Shown here: piece by piece, positions 54,301 through 58,747 of the stretch
Position numbering within the stretch: the first letter of the stretch is position 1
Layout: every line of letters begins with the position of its first letter
DNA from: Oopsacas minuta
Lineage: Eukaryota > Animalia > Porifera
Direction: 5' to 3'
DNA length: 64,000 nucleotides
Assembly: GCA_024704765.1 (NCBI GenBank)
Contig: JAKMXF010000066.1
Location: forward strand, 627,854-691,853
Program-made: the position numbers and the translations under genes
The notes under the pieces: model-generated
Told to the model about the DNA's origin: nothing
The model's input: only the letters and a program-made list of their open reading frames with translations
Database searches by the model: none

Positions 54301-54614
54301 CAACTCCGGCTATATCGAAGGGGCTGCGATATATAATTAATTGGATATAATGGAAGTTGAGTGTATTTCAAATTTATCACATCAAAATAATGAATAATTC
54401 ACTTACTTATTGGGTGAACAGTCTTTACATACAACTTTCCCACACTTCCTACAGTGATGTTTCCTGTTGATAATCCCAAAGCAAATGTTCCTACAAACCT
54501 GACATCTCTCCACATCATTATCCGGTGTCCATTCAGTACGTCTGGATATCTTTATACCTTGTACAGCTTCGGGCTTAACGAGTATCTGACCAACTTCCAA
54601 GACACTTTCTTGCA
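30379..54614 (-). CDS. ZFYVE26: Spastizin / ZFYVE26, FYVE domain to C-terminus (N-terminal exons not found)
   Basis: FYVE exon 54410-54614 (WTPDNDVERCQVC...RKHHCRKCGKVVCKDC). Downstream exons include WHLALDISTKC, YYLKTYG, DPTLRYW...LYNIAYELQNFIK/DHIDAAKTCILF...LEDAKKHL (52060-52212), VKQESKPIADLNAYLENIKLQIEVTQFF...PTLFG (33335-33535), IIVAGNTVSLGIELMLQVIK (33221-33280), 30847-31026, 30608-30652 and GRLRNAYLAAVK...ICERYL (30379-30549). All are collinear with the spastizin C-terminus. Confidence 0.9.
30706..30786. mobile_element. Tigger-like MITE
   Basis: TA-flanked inverted ends CAGTGGAACCCTCGTTAATAC / GTATTTACGAGGTTCCATTG. Relatives at about 22900, 49891 and 53525. Confidence 0.75.
31359..31940 (+). 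CDS. TM-ectodomain-TM family member 1 (C-x7-C)
   Basis: 193-aa ORF with two terminal hydrophobic helices. Ectodomain carries DCP...CFATVGQSCSL...FFWRC. Confidence 0.8.
   Translation: MEEPGKIINMVLKKGNFEKKIFIVTLAFAFGLVSLWFFGYLHGSIAFDQLQIHIDNVPINVDTPIQFDMEDCPYAFPYISKLYINFNVDEHSNTDISISYYKYKDEYEGKYMNRINNCFATVGQSCSLEVPRYEEGKYLVVRADEVQKEEKEIKGKFFWRCEKQYNVIFTIIGYMLTSLILFVFPLGLFLIDI
32193..32945 (+). CDS. TM-ectodomain-TM family member 2 (C-x7-C)
   Basis: 250-aa ORF: TM, NCP...CYASPGSQCSL...FRWEC, TM, cytoplasmic tail. Confidence 0.8.
   Translation: MALKWLKITPRITEAKMNIERKILTITVYTILIICIVIAIPTVIILILAKVGEEPATVFHSTVDEGGSTRLEFTTENCPKISYFYSNPSELNLYLKIFPDTLSKAGITLSFYTSRSSNDSNIYFGRLALCYASPGSQCSLLIPKHVLFYPIVTADSNLDGDIDTIIFRWECLYTMNDPLIVTTVLFTLCLYVIFTILTFLYFRKRIIGTITNCFENIHAFIRAAQNEEKVLKTPTELTIDEMFRTDTTIS
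33022..33173. mobile_element. MITE (CAGTCAACTCCC family), inverted relative to the 16578 copy
   Basis: TA-flanked, with ends CAGGTAACTCCCATTATATCG / GATATTACGGGAGTTGATCG. The internal sequence matches the 16578 copy in reverse. Confidence 0.8.
33920..34369 (+). CDS. Small 2-TM Cys-rich membrane protein with ESSPLL dileucine motif
   Basis: 149 aa, two long hydrophobic segments, juxtamembrane Cys, basic tail. TATAAAA lies 52 bp upstream. Confidence 0.75.
   Translation: MGSGCENCYRKNRSCILCFCMFLFILSSIAIAVVLISGILMIIQVFQLIGDARVDDSQITRAELIDNFSDHWLVMTSSFFLLIIISILYLCMHLSCICHLIRRNKQYDKQKKQNEKGTESSPLLKKKGKLVVGKDRGVIDMDHAREEFY
34707..35153 (-). CDS. Almost entirely hydrophobic multi-pass (about 4 TM) small protein
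   Basis: 148-aa ATG ORF of V/I/F/S/C-rich segments with tiny loops and a basic C-terminus (RHLSRLLRKKRGF). Confidence 0.65.
   Translation of the reverse strand: MTRVISFYFFLNDPITWTIAGVSIALSIQSSLVVFVIIGVVISVLCLCACISTAGVTSVSFFVFVSVVSVICICGCIAISTVASSSFVICVVIVLLSICACTMFFIFFIFPGSIFVFLATSGGLLCLCCVALRSLRHLSRLLRKKRGF
35338..35766 (-). CDS. Small 2-TM protein with PPAYNTL and EYPTLL tail
   Basis: 142 aa, long hydrophobic hairpin, PY plus YxxPhi plus acidic dileucine. Confidence 0.75.
   Translation of the reverse strand: MKLINFYNFARLLMRSYNKCSYICFSIFVLPIIAISGVVVTSSLFATLLFLLLSSFAFIILILLFILLFIFAFLLYSCVKLCVKFPFITKRYYSDLHMPNLPSQESRTSIRNDVASTMSHPPAYNTLFPHEYPTLLGAPDDN
36001..36456 (-). CDS. Small 2-TM Cys-rich protein with PPPSYNAI tail
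   Basis: 151 aa, two TMs, CSCQFFVCC cluster, PY motif. Confidence 0.75.
   Translation of the reverse strand: MGKSCLICEKLLVYSCLCLSTTLLPFIIITGFVLAILLFSDQSNGNFVLSGIATCFLLILSVCSCQFFVCCLYLQCRQPLWRKKEQEEDQHQQQAYDEDEHAFINPQAHHEQGIGSFPTRTPPPSYNAISAGDRARIIPTYNQVPASEVVV
36738..37184 (-). CDS. Small 2-TM protein with PPPMY tail
   Basis: ATG at 37184 (148 aa), two TMs with Cys clusters, PY motif. Confidence 0.75.
   Translation of the reverse strand: MKNYSTDETIIKSFICCTAFLLPFCFIAGIIVSCLGVIDHVHRESIATPGTLPFDEIYLICSTTLLIVSILGCICYSCTIMYKLREERWENRRQNIRIENETNCAYNDRNIERRFYNSGVLANRPTPPPMYTSTRVEPGNERESLFSS
37403..37464. mobile_element. hAT-like MITE fragment (GTTGGGAACCGCTG family)
   Basis: GTCCATGGACGACACCAGGGGGTCCACAGAATGTG...GTTGGGAACCGCTG. 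Confidence 0.7.
37613..38143 (+). CDS. 2-TM protein with Cys/N-glycan loop, coiled coil, and LPPY, ERGRLL, LPRYDTV tail
   Basis: 176 aa. Loop YNASCDVKNSSVPCINDRNVTHESFC carries 3 sequons. Confidence 0.8.
   Translation: MRKLIFAFITIAAVMWFGLYFSYLLVDVLLRISDLGTTYTLYYNASCDVKNSSVPCINDRNVTHESFCDGIMHSFVLNTVSTTVEGAITCTWTAVSFFFITCTVPIIDRITQVNIVNKKLSLQVINLQRQLSERARVIVRRADNALPPYTEEADERGRLLTEDRLPRYDTVDNPAN
38271..38358. mobile_element. hAT-like MITE fragment (GTTGGGAACCGCTG family)
   Basis: GTCCACGGACGACAGCAGGGGGTCCACAGAATGTG...GTTGGGAACCGCTG. Confidence 0.7.
38572..39027 (+). CDS. Small 2-TM protein with LPSY tail
   Basis: 151 aa: TM, short C-x4-C loop (SCNDAHC), TM. TATATAAA lies 63 bp upstream. Confidence 0.75.
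   Translation: MVHITIRGKIHIFYCIFIPFTLATWVLLIIAIPWSIIQLNFQNSCNDAHCQPIKYGAILNILLSVVIILCCLTTFPFIWYLVRIVTSNTITTLRESDNSTERGNRPSFSIRDSLLPSYRTATAIRNDNIEISSGRSVPDESLVADGYSMQN
39567..39664. mobile_element. Tc1/mariner-type MITE
   Basis: Perfect 11-bp TIR CAGTGGATGCC / GGCATCCACTG flanked by TA. Confidence 0.8.
39835..40290 (+). CDS. Small 2-TM protein with LPEY, DRECLI, PPNYADI tail
   Basis: 151 aa: TM, 4-Cys loop (FCQSVPTTCEECETLSTNC), TM. Confidence 0.8.
   Translation: MCSSSLRIVSFACAFGVLTILLTLSIISGLYLFVLSWSEFCQSVPTTCEECETLSTNCDYLIASTSLLSAQSALIILCFYTIICFYVTIKRNTTDILEPEPSVELPTPFIMADTSRNPVCTPHILPEYSEALSDRECLIRPRQPPNYADIN
40729..41325 (-). CDS. 2-TM coiled-coil protein with DTERLL, LPDYGTV tail (paralog of 41717)
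   Basis: ATG at 41325 (198 aa). Loop DIKQTCLNY...LDNCFLP, then heptad repeat LNRAIARLKEDIEDLRATNTGLHVEIQRI. Confidence 0.8.
   Translation of the reverse strand: MCKIKFEIILFILLSIPLIISLIFVSVSSPTLLVLTNINFSDIKQTCLNYKHFSTEFGLDNCFLPSTAILNNLFALILVVFSTFMFFMCLKTNRSTKRKLNRAIARLKEDIEDLRATNTGLHVEIQRINRVIPKPEIQRPYIPRDPPTHVDPITSPSAPDTERLLNDLPDYGTVVGRDPKSNENNLLSQKRFPCIINN
41717..42319 (-). CDS. 2-TM coiled-coil protein with ETDSLI, LPNYGAV tail (paralog of 40729)
   Basis: 200 aa. Loop GLKDICIHY...LNQCILP, then heptad repeat ...LTFEITELHDEIGALHVESQRV. Confidence 0.8.
   Translation of the reverse strand: MPCCQVRWCIVIFAIPFTVSVLYIAISSVLLLLLTNTNVDGLKDICIHYLNHTTDDDLNQCILPLLRIFHNLLSICLVITSVVIILLFRNAYADTKKKWGKEVRLLTFEITELHDEIGALHVESQRVRGQPNTNPIRNDMQNTSQQMTELEYLPCAREDLETGEETDSLIDHLPNYGAVIGEEPQPNQVNQLLYYKYPHP
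42773..43210 (-). CDS. Small 2-TM protein with PPSYMDI tail
   Basis: 145 aa, N-terminal CDHSCC, two TMs, PY motif. Confidence 0.75.
   Translation of the reverse strand: MPNCDHSCCFATSLTCFTLLVIWTICSVPTELVYLFAVWSGISCDEGSPWKYIVTIVLGISTIGLIFFIALSGGLIISVQQKEFKIGTLKKQIAIRRRHSRPRTMDSARASRNLASYNFEGTAGISVTSRPPSYMDIIDENPDTI
43370..43469. mobile_element. MITE (CAGTCAACTCCC family), degenerate
   Basis: CAGTAGACTCCCGTAATATC ... GATATAACAGGAGTTGGG. Confidence 0.65.
43512..43979 (-). CDS. Small 2-TM Cys-rich protein with LPGY and PPSYAQF tail
   Basis: 155 aa from ATG 43979; an in-frame upstream ATG at 44177 would add 66 aa. Contains YCISCC and ATCCC clusters. Confidence 0.75.
   Translation of the reverse strand: MTKSRKYCISCCTIYLCFCLLLIEVSSLVVTILFSISGYEKDAKIGTVRESLAVVLIVLFMQFILGMMLVCLAATCCCFTIVIWNELHAVNSRYSDSWRQNEDGTFTSSSLEESRLQLSGLRGFHSSLPGYTPYVEGRNHTFSNPPSYAQFADNN
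44404..44757 (+). CDS. Small 2-TM protein (no PY motif)
   Basis: 117-aa ATG ORF with two hydrophobic helices and a short loop. Confidence 0.6.
   Translation: MNWSSTTKRSSTKSEILQLSLRPYFLGLYFIFLCSIILIQIIIFLIKGQTSSEVNCYLDISLLVLLILGNIPIAFVNLIILKKLRGANATMKLDKRSLYQTSVYAHTRVLEYRTSYL
44851..44991. mobile_element. MITE (CAGTGGATGC family)
   Basis: Shares GAGAACCGTTTTCAGAAGAGGGTGCTTATATCCAGCAT and terminal ATCCACTG-TA with the 39567 copy. Confidence 0.7.
45202..45468 (+). CDS. Tiny type-I membrane protein (signal peptide, short ectodomain, TM, Cys cluster)
   Basis: 88 aa: MRKDIFFALLLSLYTVIA, about 25-aa ectodomain, TM, GCCCSK. Confidence 0.7.
   Translation: MRKDIFFALLLSLYTVIAEISLDLDEYTLQDKQVGQGAGLLLNSTPFITGLIILIIIVCVIMCVGVVIGCCCSKMAYDTEREVKKIHL
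46095..46343 (+). CDS. Very small 2-TM hairpin protein
   Basis: 82 aa from ATG 46095 (TATAAATA 37 bp upstream; alternative ATG at 46065): TM, loop with two sequons, TM with CC. Confidence 0.6.
   Translation: MTLPTVVTIIVITASLYIAYYVIYVSVHTDNLSTNSSIHVIPDGYVIKDIIVLIVKGLSVLCVGGIVCCIISIACVLYDGKC
46510..46839 (-). CDS. N-terminal Cys-cluster (CYSTM-like) protein A
   Basis: 109 aa, MGLIVCCVYYGCCCCLCE followed by a hydrophilic tail. Confidence 0.7.
   Translation of the reverse strand: MGLIVCCVYYGCCCCLCEGEQQQRERLPRQQRSYNNQVVRRNQPAAQPLIVGEEVEQVIIDGVLVNKHITRVAGLTQSGRVQVLERERVIATDGSHAVGREATRVYKPN
47225..47761 (-). CDS. N-terminal Cys-cluster (CYSTM-like) protein B with poly-Q coiled coil and PPPPAYPTI
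   Basis: 178 aa from ATG 47761, MCILCCLYYLCCCCLCCE, CAA/CAG-rich centre. Confidence 0.75.
   Translation of the reverse strand: MCILCCLYYLCCCCLCCETDEERQNKKRKRQIRQIQQTQQQQRQQQEDHHVEQQIQMVQLQGQIRQQQEQIIEQQLQMEQQRIQQLLLQQQQQLELEQQLQLERERIQRLQQQQQQYQIEQQLERRRLQKEEEHRSQPQQRGHDNSVFRCDTPPPPAYPTIVAEEVAQPVMHDRSINK
47951..48742 (-). CDS. TM-ectodomain-TM family member 3 (C-x7-C only)
   Basis: 263 aa from ATG 48742: TM, N-glycosylated ectodomain with CSVGPNGTC, TM, CCCITCC, tail. Confidence 0.8.
   Translation of the reverse strand: MGTFSFICAFCNVCFMILALLVLIPSCVIFFITHDKELLANLTSNDISFPPNTTVSPIPINSSHYFTNIFKTKPLLLFLQATAPNETGIQITINDSNKTNPTELMNCSVGPNGTCIVLVWDLSSYAYVTLNSSVTVTTTVDWTLRFFNFQFLISAVILGCSSCIFITFLIPSIVCCCITCCDEDFGNHKGAKFVTPQVSYHSFRNRNSPRTINPSTDRTPLFKEQKTETGYVDGVKVTRHYSAFGGNNPSKPFVQDSCTPPFS
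49101..49525 (-). pseudogene. Frameshifted 2-TM family member (pseudogene or sequence error)
   Basis: MGELEVK...CCCGVCHIITLVFSIIAIILLL stops at 49388, but the hydrophobic sequence continues in another frame (VTLIGFPIGFCLLSFCMTCIMSC...) to 49101. One extra base would restore a 141-aa ORF. Confidence 0.65.
50361..50936 (+). CDS. TM-ectodomain-TM family member 4 (C-x7-C)
   Basis: 191 aa: DCP...CMAHPGDSCSV...LVLSCE between two TMs. Confidence 0.8.
   Translation: MKNRNILVITLLVIVFILISLLVSTGLCVLILSFVNYGQLYKKDIIISTNQTIDLEINSVDCPVKYGGGQNLLNLTISNPTPSRLDVYVEIKSKETNFNKSCMAHPGDSCSVKLDESNAFRVSLQTNTSQIYSTETIALVLSCEVNSNALAITGGIILSVGIISGIVLLLFVIVCLINWNCFSDSSNALYG
51141..51923 (-). CDS. TM-ectodomain-TM family member 5 (C-x7-C)
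   Basis: 260 aa: MCP...CASAPGVTCSL...FIWYCD between two TMs. Confidence 0.8.
   Translation of the reverse strand: MLHKNILANMVKFISYLSTLCGCTTCTIKYCFLAITLIFILLLISLIISSVLLAISILSVSSPITYIGDIVNGEEFDLNFNLEMCPKFSLFLFNDKFYYLQLNLLTDSGATESLLLHYYAGRNDQGYTNLISTCASAPGVTCSLNFPIHHTHFLAVVVPSTRNSKYNQTQFIWYCDYWENPVKVASFCTLIISLVLIVIISLFYYNCCSIWVLKCLQKRSPDSFPQANSPIPLDYIDNVPFKELPTTQPSTPHNASIRYV
53086..53157. mobile_element. 72-bp hAT-like MITE in a ZFYVE26 intron
   Basis: Both ends present: CAGCTGTTCCCAACCTT / AAGGTTGGGAATCGCTG. Confidence 0.8.
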
Positions 54615-55600
54615 CTAAAATATAATTATTTGTGTAGAATTTGGAGTAATAATTGCACTCTTATGACATCAGATTGTTGTGTGTAATATATTTGATGACC
54701 AATATATGCAAGTTCAATAGGTTGAAATATGCTAGAGTTTTTCATAGTAGTAGTATTGTATTACAGTTATTATATTATACAACCAGAGTTTTACTATCTA
54801 TCTTATCTTATATAAAGTTTATAGAAGAAATTTATGATAATATTTTATCAAATTTATATATTTTGCTCTGTTTAGATCTTTGTTGTGTATTTTTTGATAT
54901 TTAAAGGGTAAGGCTTTTGGGAAGAGAAAGAGTTATTTGTAAGAAATTTTATACATTTATCTCCATAAATATGCAAACGGTGAATATGGCTGAAATACAC
55001 TGATTATCTCTAGAAGGAGAAAATAGTGGTAATAATAAGACATGTTCCGTAAATCTCTAATGGCCATAGCGAACGAAAGTTGAAATATGTGACCAATTTT
55101 TTGGAGTTAGTGGACCTAGCTGTTAGTTAGAATTCTTGTGGCGCCCAATGCAGAGCTCTGATTCTTGTGTCGCATATCTAGATTTCGAAATTCCTTCTTC
55201 CGTTTCTGGTTGCTAAGTTGTTCTAGTCCTAGTTGAAGTTTGTTTTGTTATAGATTATCTGCTATAATTGGTGAGAAATGCCTTGACTTCAAACATGTTG
55301 ACAAGATGAAATAATTCCAAATATTCAGTATGTAACTGGAGCTTCTTATCACTACAAAAGTGGCCAAAATAGAGATAGGAACAAATATGTCTATTGCCAA
55401 GCCTCTAGAGATGACGGTGAATCAAAAGATGAAACATTAATCGTTGCTCCCTATAAAATATTTTCCATAGCATTTGTATTAAATTAATTTTGGCTTAAAA
55501 ATGAAGTCTATTTGTTATCAACAATATTTTTGGCCTCAATAAATAGGCCTACTTTAGTAAAGTTTAATAAGAAATAAATTATTAGCTTTTGAAAGTAAAA

Positions 55601-57676
55601 ATGTATCATGACGATCGTGGTGGAGATCGGGACTACGGAGATAGTAGTTTCCATGGGAACACGAAAGGTCACAGAGGGGGGCGTCCCTATCGTGATTGGG
55701 ATCGGGACGGGGGACATAGTAGCCATGGGGGTGACCGCTCATACGATAGAGGATATAGAGGTAGAGGTCGTGGGGGTAGTCGAGGAGATCTGAGAGAAAA
55801 TCTGAGTGGAAGAAGAGGGGGATATAATCGGGACTATGATGACCGTGGTTCAAGTTCTGGTTTTCAAAGAAGGGGGCGTAGCTTCAATCGCCCGCGTCGT
55901 AGAGGTCAGACTAGTAACTACAGGTCGATAGGAGGTGATATGTTACGCTCTAGGAGCCGGAGTAGGAGCAAGTCCCCCACTGCCGGTGGCCAATGGTACA
56001 AAGTAACCATCCATGAAGGGAACAAGCATGACAAAGAATGGCTTTTCCAGCAACTTTGTTCAAATACTGGAATTGAATTCGAGCCGGTCTCATATCATGT
56101 TCTAGGCGATAAGGTCTTATTCTACATCCAAGATACAGACCTAGCACAAGCATTGAAGCTACTAACTATACACACAAATGTAGGGAAGTTATCTATAAAA
56201 GTGTGGGAGTCTGAGCCCCCGAGGGAAAGGGGGAGCCATGGGGGTGGCGGTGGGAGAATGGAGTTCCAGAATCCGAGCAGTGCAATGGGAATGGGGTCAA
56301 TGGAAGAAGATCCCACGGAGATAGTACAGGATGTCCTATACGCGTGTTACGATACGAATAATAAGACTTTAAATATGGAGAAAATCGGTCAAAATGAGAG
56401 AGCGAAACAGCACAATTTACGAGTTTTCTTCAACGACTCTGTTCTAGTGAATATCATGATGAACTTGATCGGTAGTAAATGCCCAGATTTAGCTGGTCTC
56501 AATATAAGCGGGAATTTCATTCAAAATCTAAACCATTTGATGGAGCTGCCAAGCAAAGCTCCGGAGTTGAAAGAACTAGATTTAAGTAACAATCGTTTCA
56601 CAAACCTTCAAGAACTCGAGAAACTGAAAGGTCTGTGCCAACTGAAGGCACTATCTTTCCATGATAATCCTTGCTGTAAGCGTTATAGAGACGTGAATGA
56701 GTACAGACGTGACGTAAGAGCTATATTCCCACAACTTGTCATACTCGATAACGAACAGTTATCCGAACCTATAATACTTGGAACTGAAACTATCTGTGGT
56801 TCTATTCCTTCATGTAAAGCTAGTTTCCTAGGGCCTGATAATACTAGTAAAATCGTGCTTGCTTTTATTGAGAATTATTATAAAGTTTTCGATTCTGGAA
56901 AGCGAGATGATTTAATTATGGGTTATGATTCCAACTCCTACTTCTCCGTATCTGTCAATACAGAGTCTACTGTGAGACGTGGCCCACCTTTCACTGAATT
57001 TACGAAATATTCAAGGAACTTAGTCCGCTGTAAAGACTCGAATAAACGGAGATGTCTCTTACTTTGTGGCAGAATCGATATTGTTCATCACCTACGCCAA
57101 TTTCCACAAACTCAACACAGCCCAGAATCATTCATTGTTGACGTTATGTGTGCATCTCCAAACTCAATAGTGTTTAACGTCTGGGGAGTATTCTTTGAGA
57201 CTTCCCCAGGCGTTATGCGTGGATTTTCCCGTACATTTCATATTGCCATCAATGGTGACAGTATCCTAATAAAAAACGATCAGTTAACCCTTCACCAAGC
57301 TACTGACTCCACTTCAAACACTCCTATTCGATTACAACCGAGGGAAAATGACACTCCGAATATTATAATCACACAAGGGGCTCCTACCCAATCCGCTACT
57401 GCTACTACAATTCAAACACTACCATATTCAGTGCCTACACAATCTAACTTTGACCTCATACAGACTTTACCTCAAACAAGCATGCTACCATTGATCACAC
57501 AGCCTACTATAGACCCAAAAGAACAGATGATACAAAAACTGTGTCAGGATACACGCCTAAAGCCTGACTGGGCCAATAAATGCTTAGAACAGAATGAATG
57601 GAGTTATGATAACGCTTTGGAGGCATTTAAGATTCTCCAGCAGCAAAATAACATCCCTCCTGAAGCACTAATATAA
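55601..57676 (+). CDS. NXF1: Nuclear RNA export factor 1 (TAP), intronless
   Basis: RGG-rich N-terminus, RRM (WYKVTIHEG...KEWL), LRRs (LNISGN, LDLSNN), NTF2-like domain (FIENYYKVFD...GFSRTF), C-terminal UBA (TRLKPDWANKCLEQNEWSYDNAL). Confidence 0.95.
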   Translation: MYHDDRGGDRDYGDSSFHGNTKGHRGGRPYRDWDRDGGHSSHGGDRSYDRGYRGRGRGGSRGDLRENLSGRRGGYNRDYDDRGSSSGFQRRGRSFNRPRRRGQTSNYRSIGGDMLRSRSRSRSKSPTAGGQWYKVTIHEGNKHDKEWLFQQLCSNTGIEFEPVSYHVLGDKVLFYIQDTDLAQALKLLTIHTNVGKLSIKVWESEPPRERGSHGGGGGRMEFQNPSSAMGMGSMEEDPTEIVQDVLYACYDTNNKTLNMEKIGQNERAKQHNLRVFFNDSVLVNIMMNLIGSKCPDLAGLNISGNFIQNLNHLMELPSKAPELKELDLSNNRFTNLQELEKLKGLCQLKALSFHDNPCCKRYRDVNEYRRDVRAIFPQLVILDNEQLSEPIILGTETICGSIPSCKASFLGPDNTSKIVLAFIENYYKVFDSGKRDDLIMGYDSNSYFSVSVNTESTVRRGPPFTEFTKYSRNLVRCKDSNKRRCLLLCGRIDIVHHLRQFPQTQHSPESFIVDVMCASPNSIVFNVWGVFFETSPGVMRGFSRTFHIAINGDSILIKNDQLTLHQATDSTSNTPIRLQPRENDTPNIIITQGAPTQSATATTIQTLPYSVPTQSNFDLIQTLPQTSMLPLITQPTIDPKEQMIQKLCQDTRLKPDWANKCLEQNEWSYDNALEAFKILQQQNNIPPEALI

Positions 57677-58256
57677 TCTGTCCTTGTGTATTGATAGAGA
57701 TTATTGTAGACAAAATTTGATCACATATTTTACATTACTGTATAATTTATTATAGATATTATTTGTTTTAGTTTGAAGAGTAAGGGGTAGGGGCCGACAT
57801 TTCGTTCCTAAAATTCAATTTTTCTGACCAGGGGTTTATCCAGGTACTTGGCAGGCTCTTAAAAGTATCAGTTTAGCAGCCATGAAGTACACAAAATCCC
57901 AACCGTGAGAATCGGAATAGTCCCCAGGATTAGCATGGGGCCGTCCAAAAAGTTTCTTCCAAGAAATTCCTCGATAAACACCTGCCCTTGAGGTAAAGGA
58001 GATTATGTTTTGGTGGATTATTTATGGAATGAAATGTCGGACAAAAAGCTGGAAAGTATATAAATAAACACCATTAATGCCCGGGTAACATGGGGTACCA
58101 AAGGTGTTTATTTATCTACCCTCCAGTTATGACACCTAACACAAAATTATTCAATTTATCCTGAAATTCTCTGTACTTTTAGGTTTTATTGAATAATTTT
58201 CGGATTTACTCTTACAACCTCATTCTTGGTCTTTTCAAAGCAAACTAATATAAATA

Positions 58257-58391
58257 AAGTCACCTCCCGTTATATCGAAGCTCAAGGGAACGCGATAGTT
58301 ATTTCGGTATAAAAGATGATTTTTTTGCTACTTTGACGATTTGGGACCATGTTTGTACAGTTTAAGACTTCTATATAACGGAAGTTGACTG
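58257..58391. mobile_element. MITE (CAGTCAACTCCC family)
   Basis: AAGTCACCTCCCGTTATATCGAAG ... TATATAACGGAAGTTGACTG-TA. Confidence 0.7.
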
Positions 58392-58747
58392 TAGTATATT
58401 TCACAATATAGAATCGTGAGAAACCTCGCCAATCTCGCGATTTTGAAAATTCACCGAGGGCCTCATAAAGAAGTGTAAAAATATGAATAATTCTCCTTTG
58501 AATTAATCGTATTTTCCAGATACCTGGGGTATCAAATATCGGCATTAAACAGCAGATGCTCAAAAGGAACAATGGAATTCGAATTAATAATTCCAGTAGG
58601 ATTGAATAACTGTTGAAACCAATAAATGAATGTTTACAATTGCCACAAAATTAATAATATTTAATATAATTCAATTAGGTTTTGTAATCATAACAAATTG
58701 ACTTAGAATAAATATAAACAATTATTCCAAATATTCTAAGAGTTTAA

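Noticed and set aside
58282-58572. 96-aa minus-strand ORF
   Set aside because: It runs through a MITE and other transposon remnants and has no coding signature.
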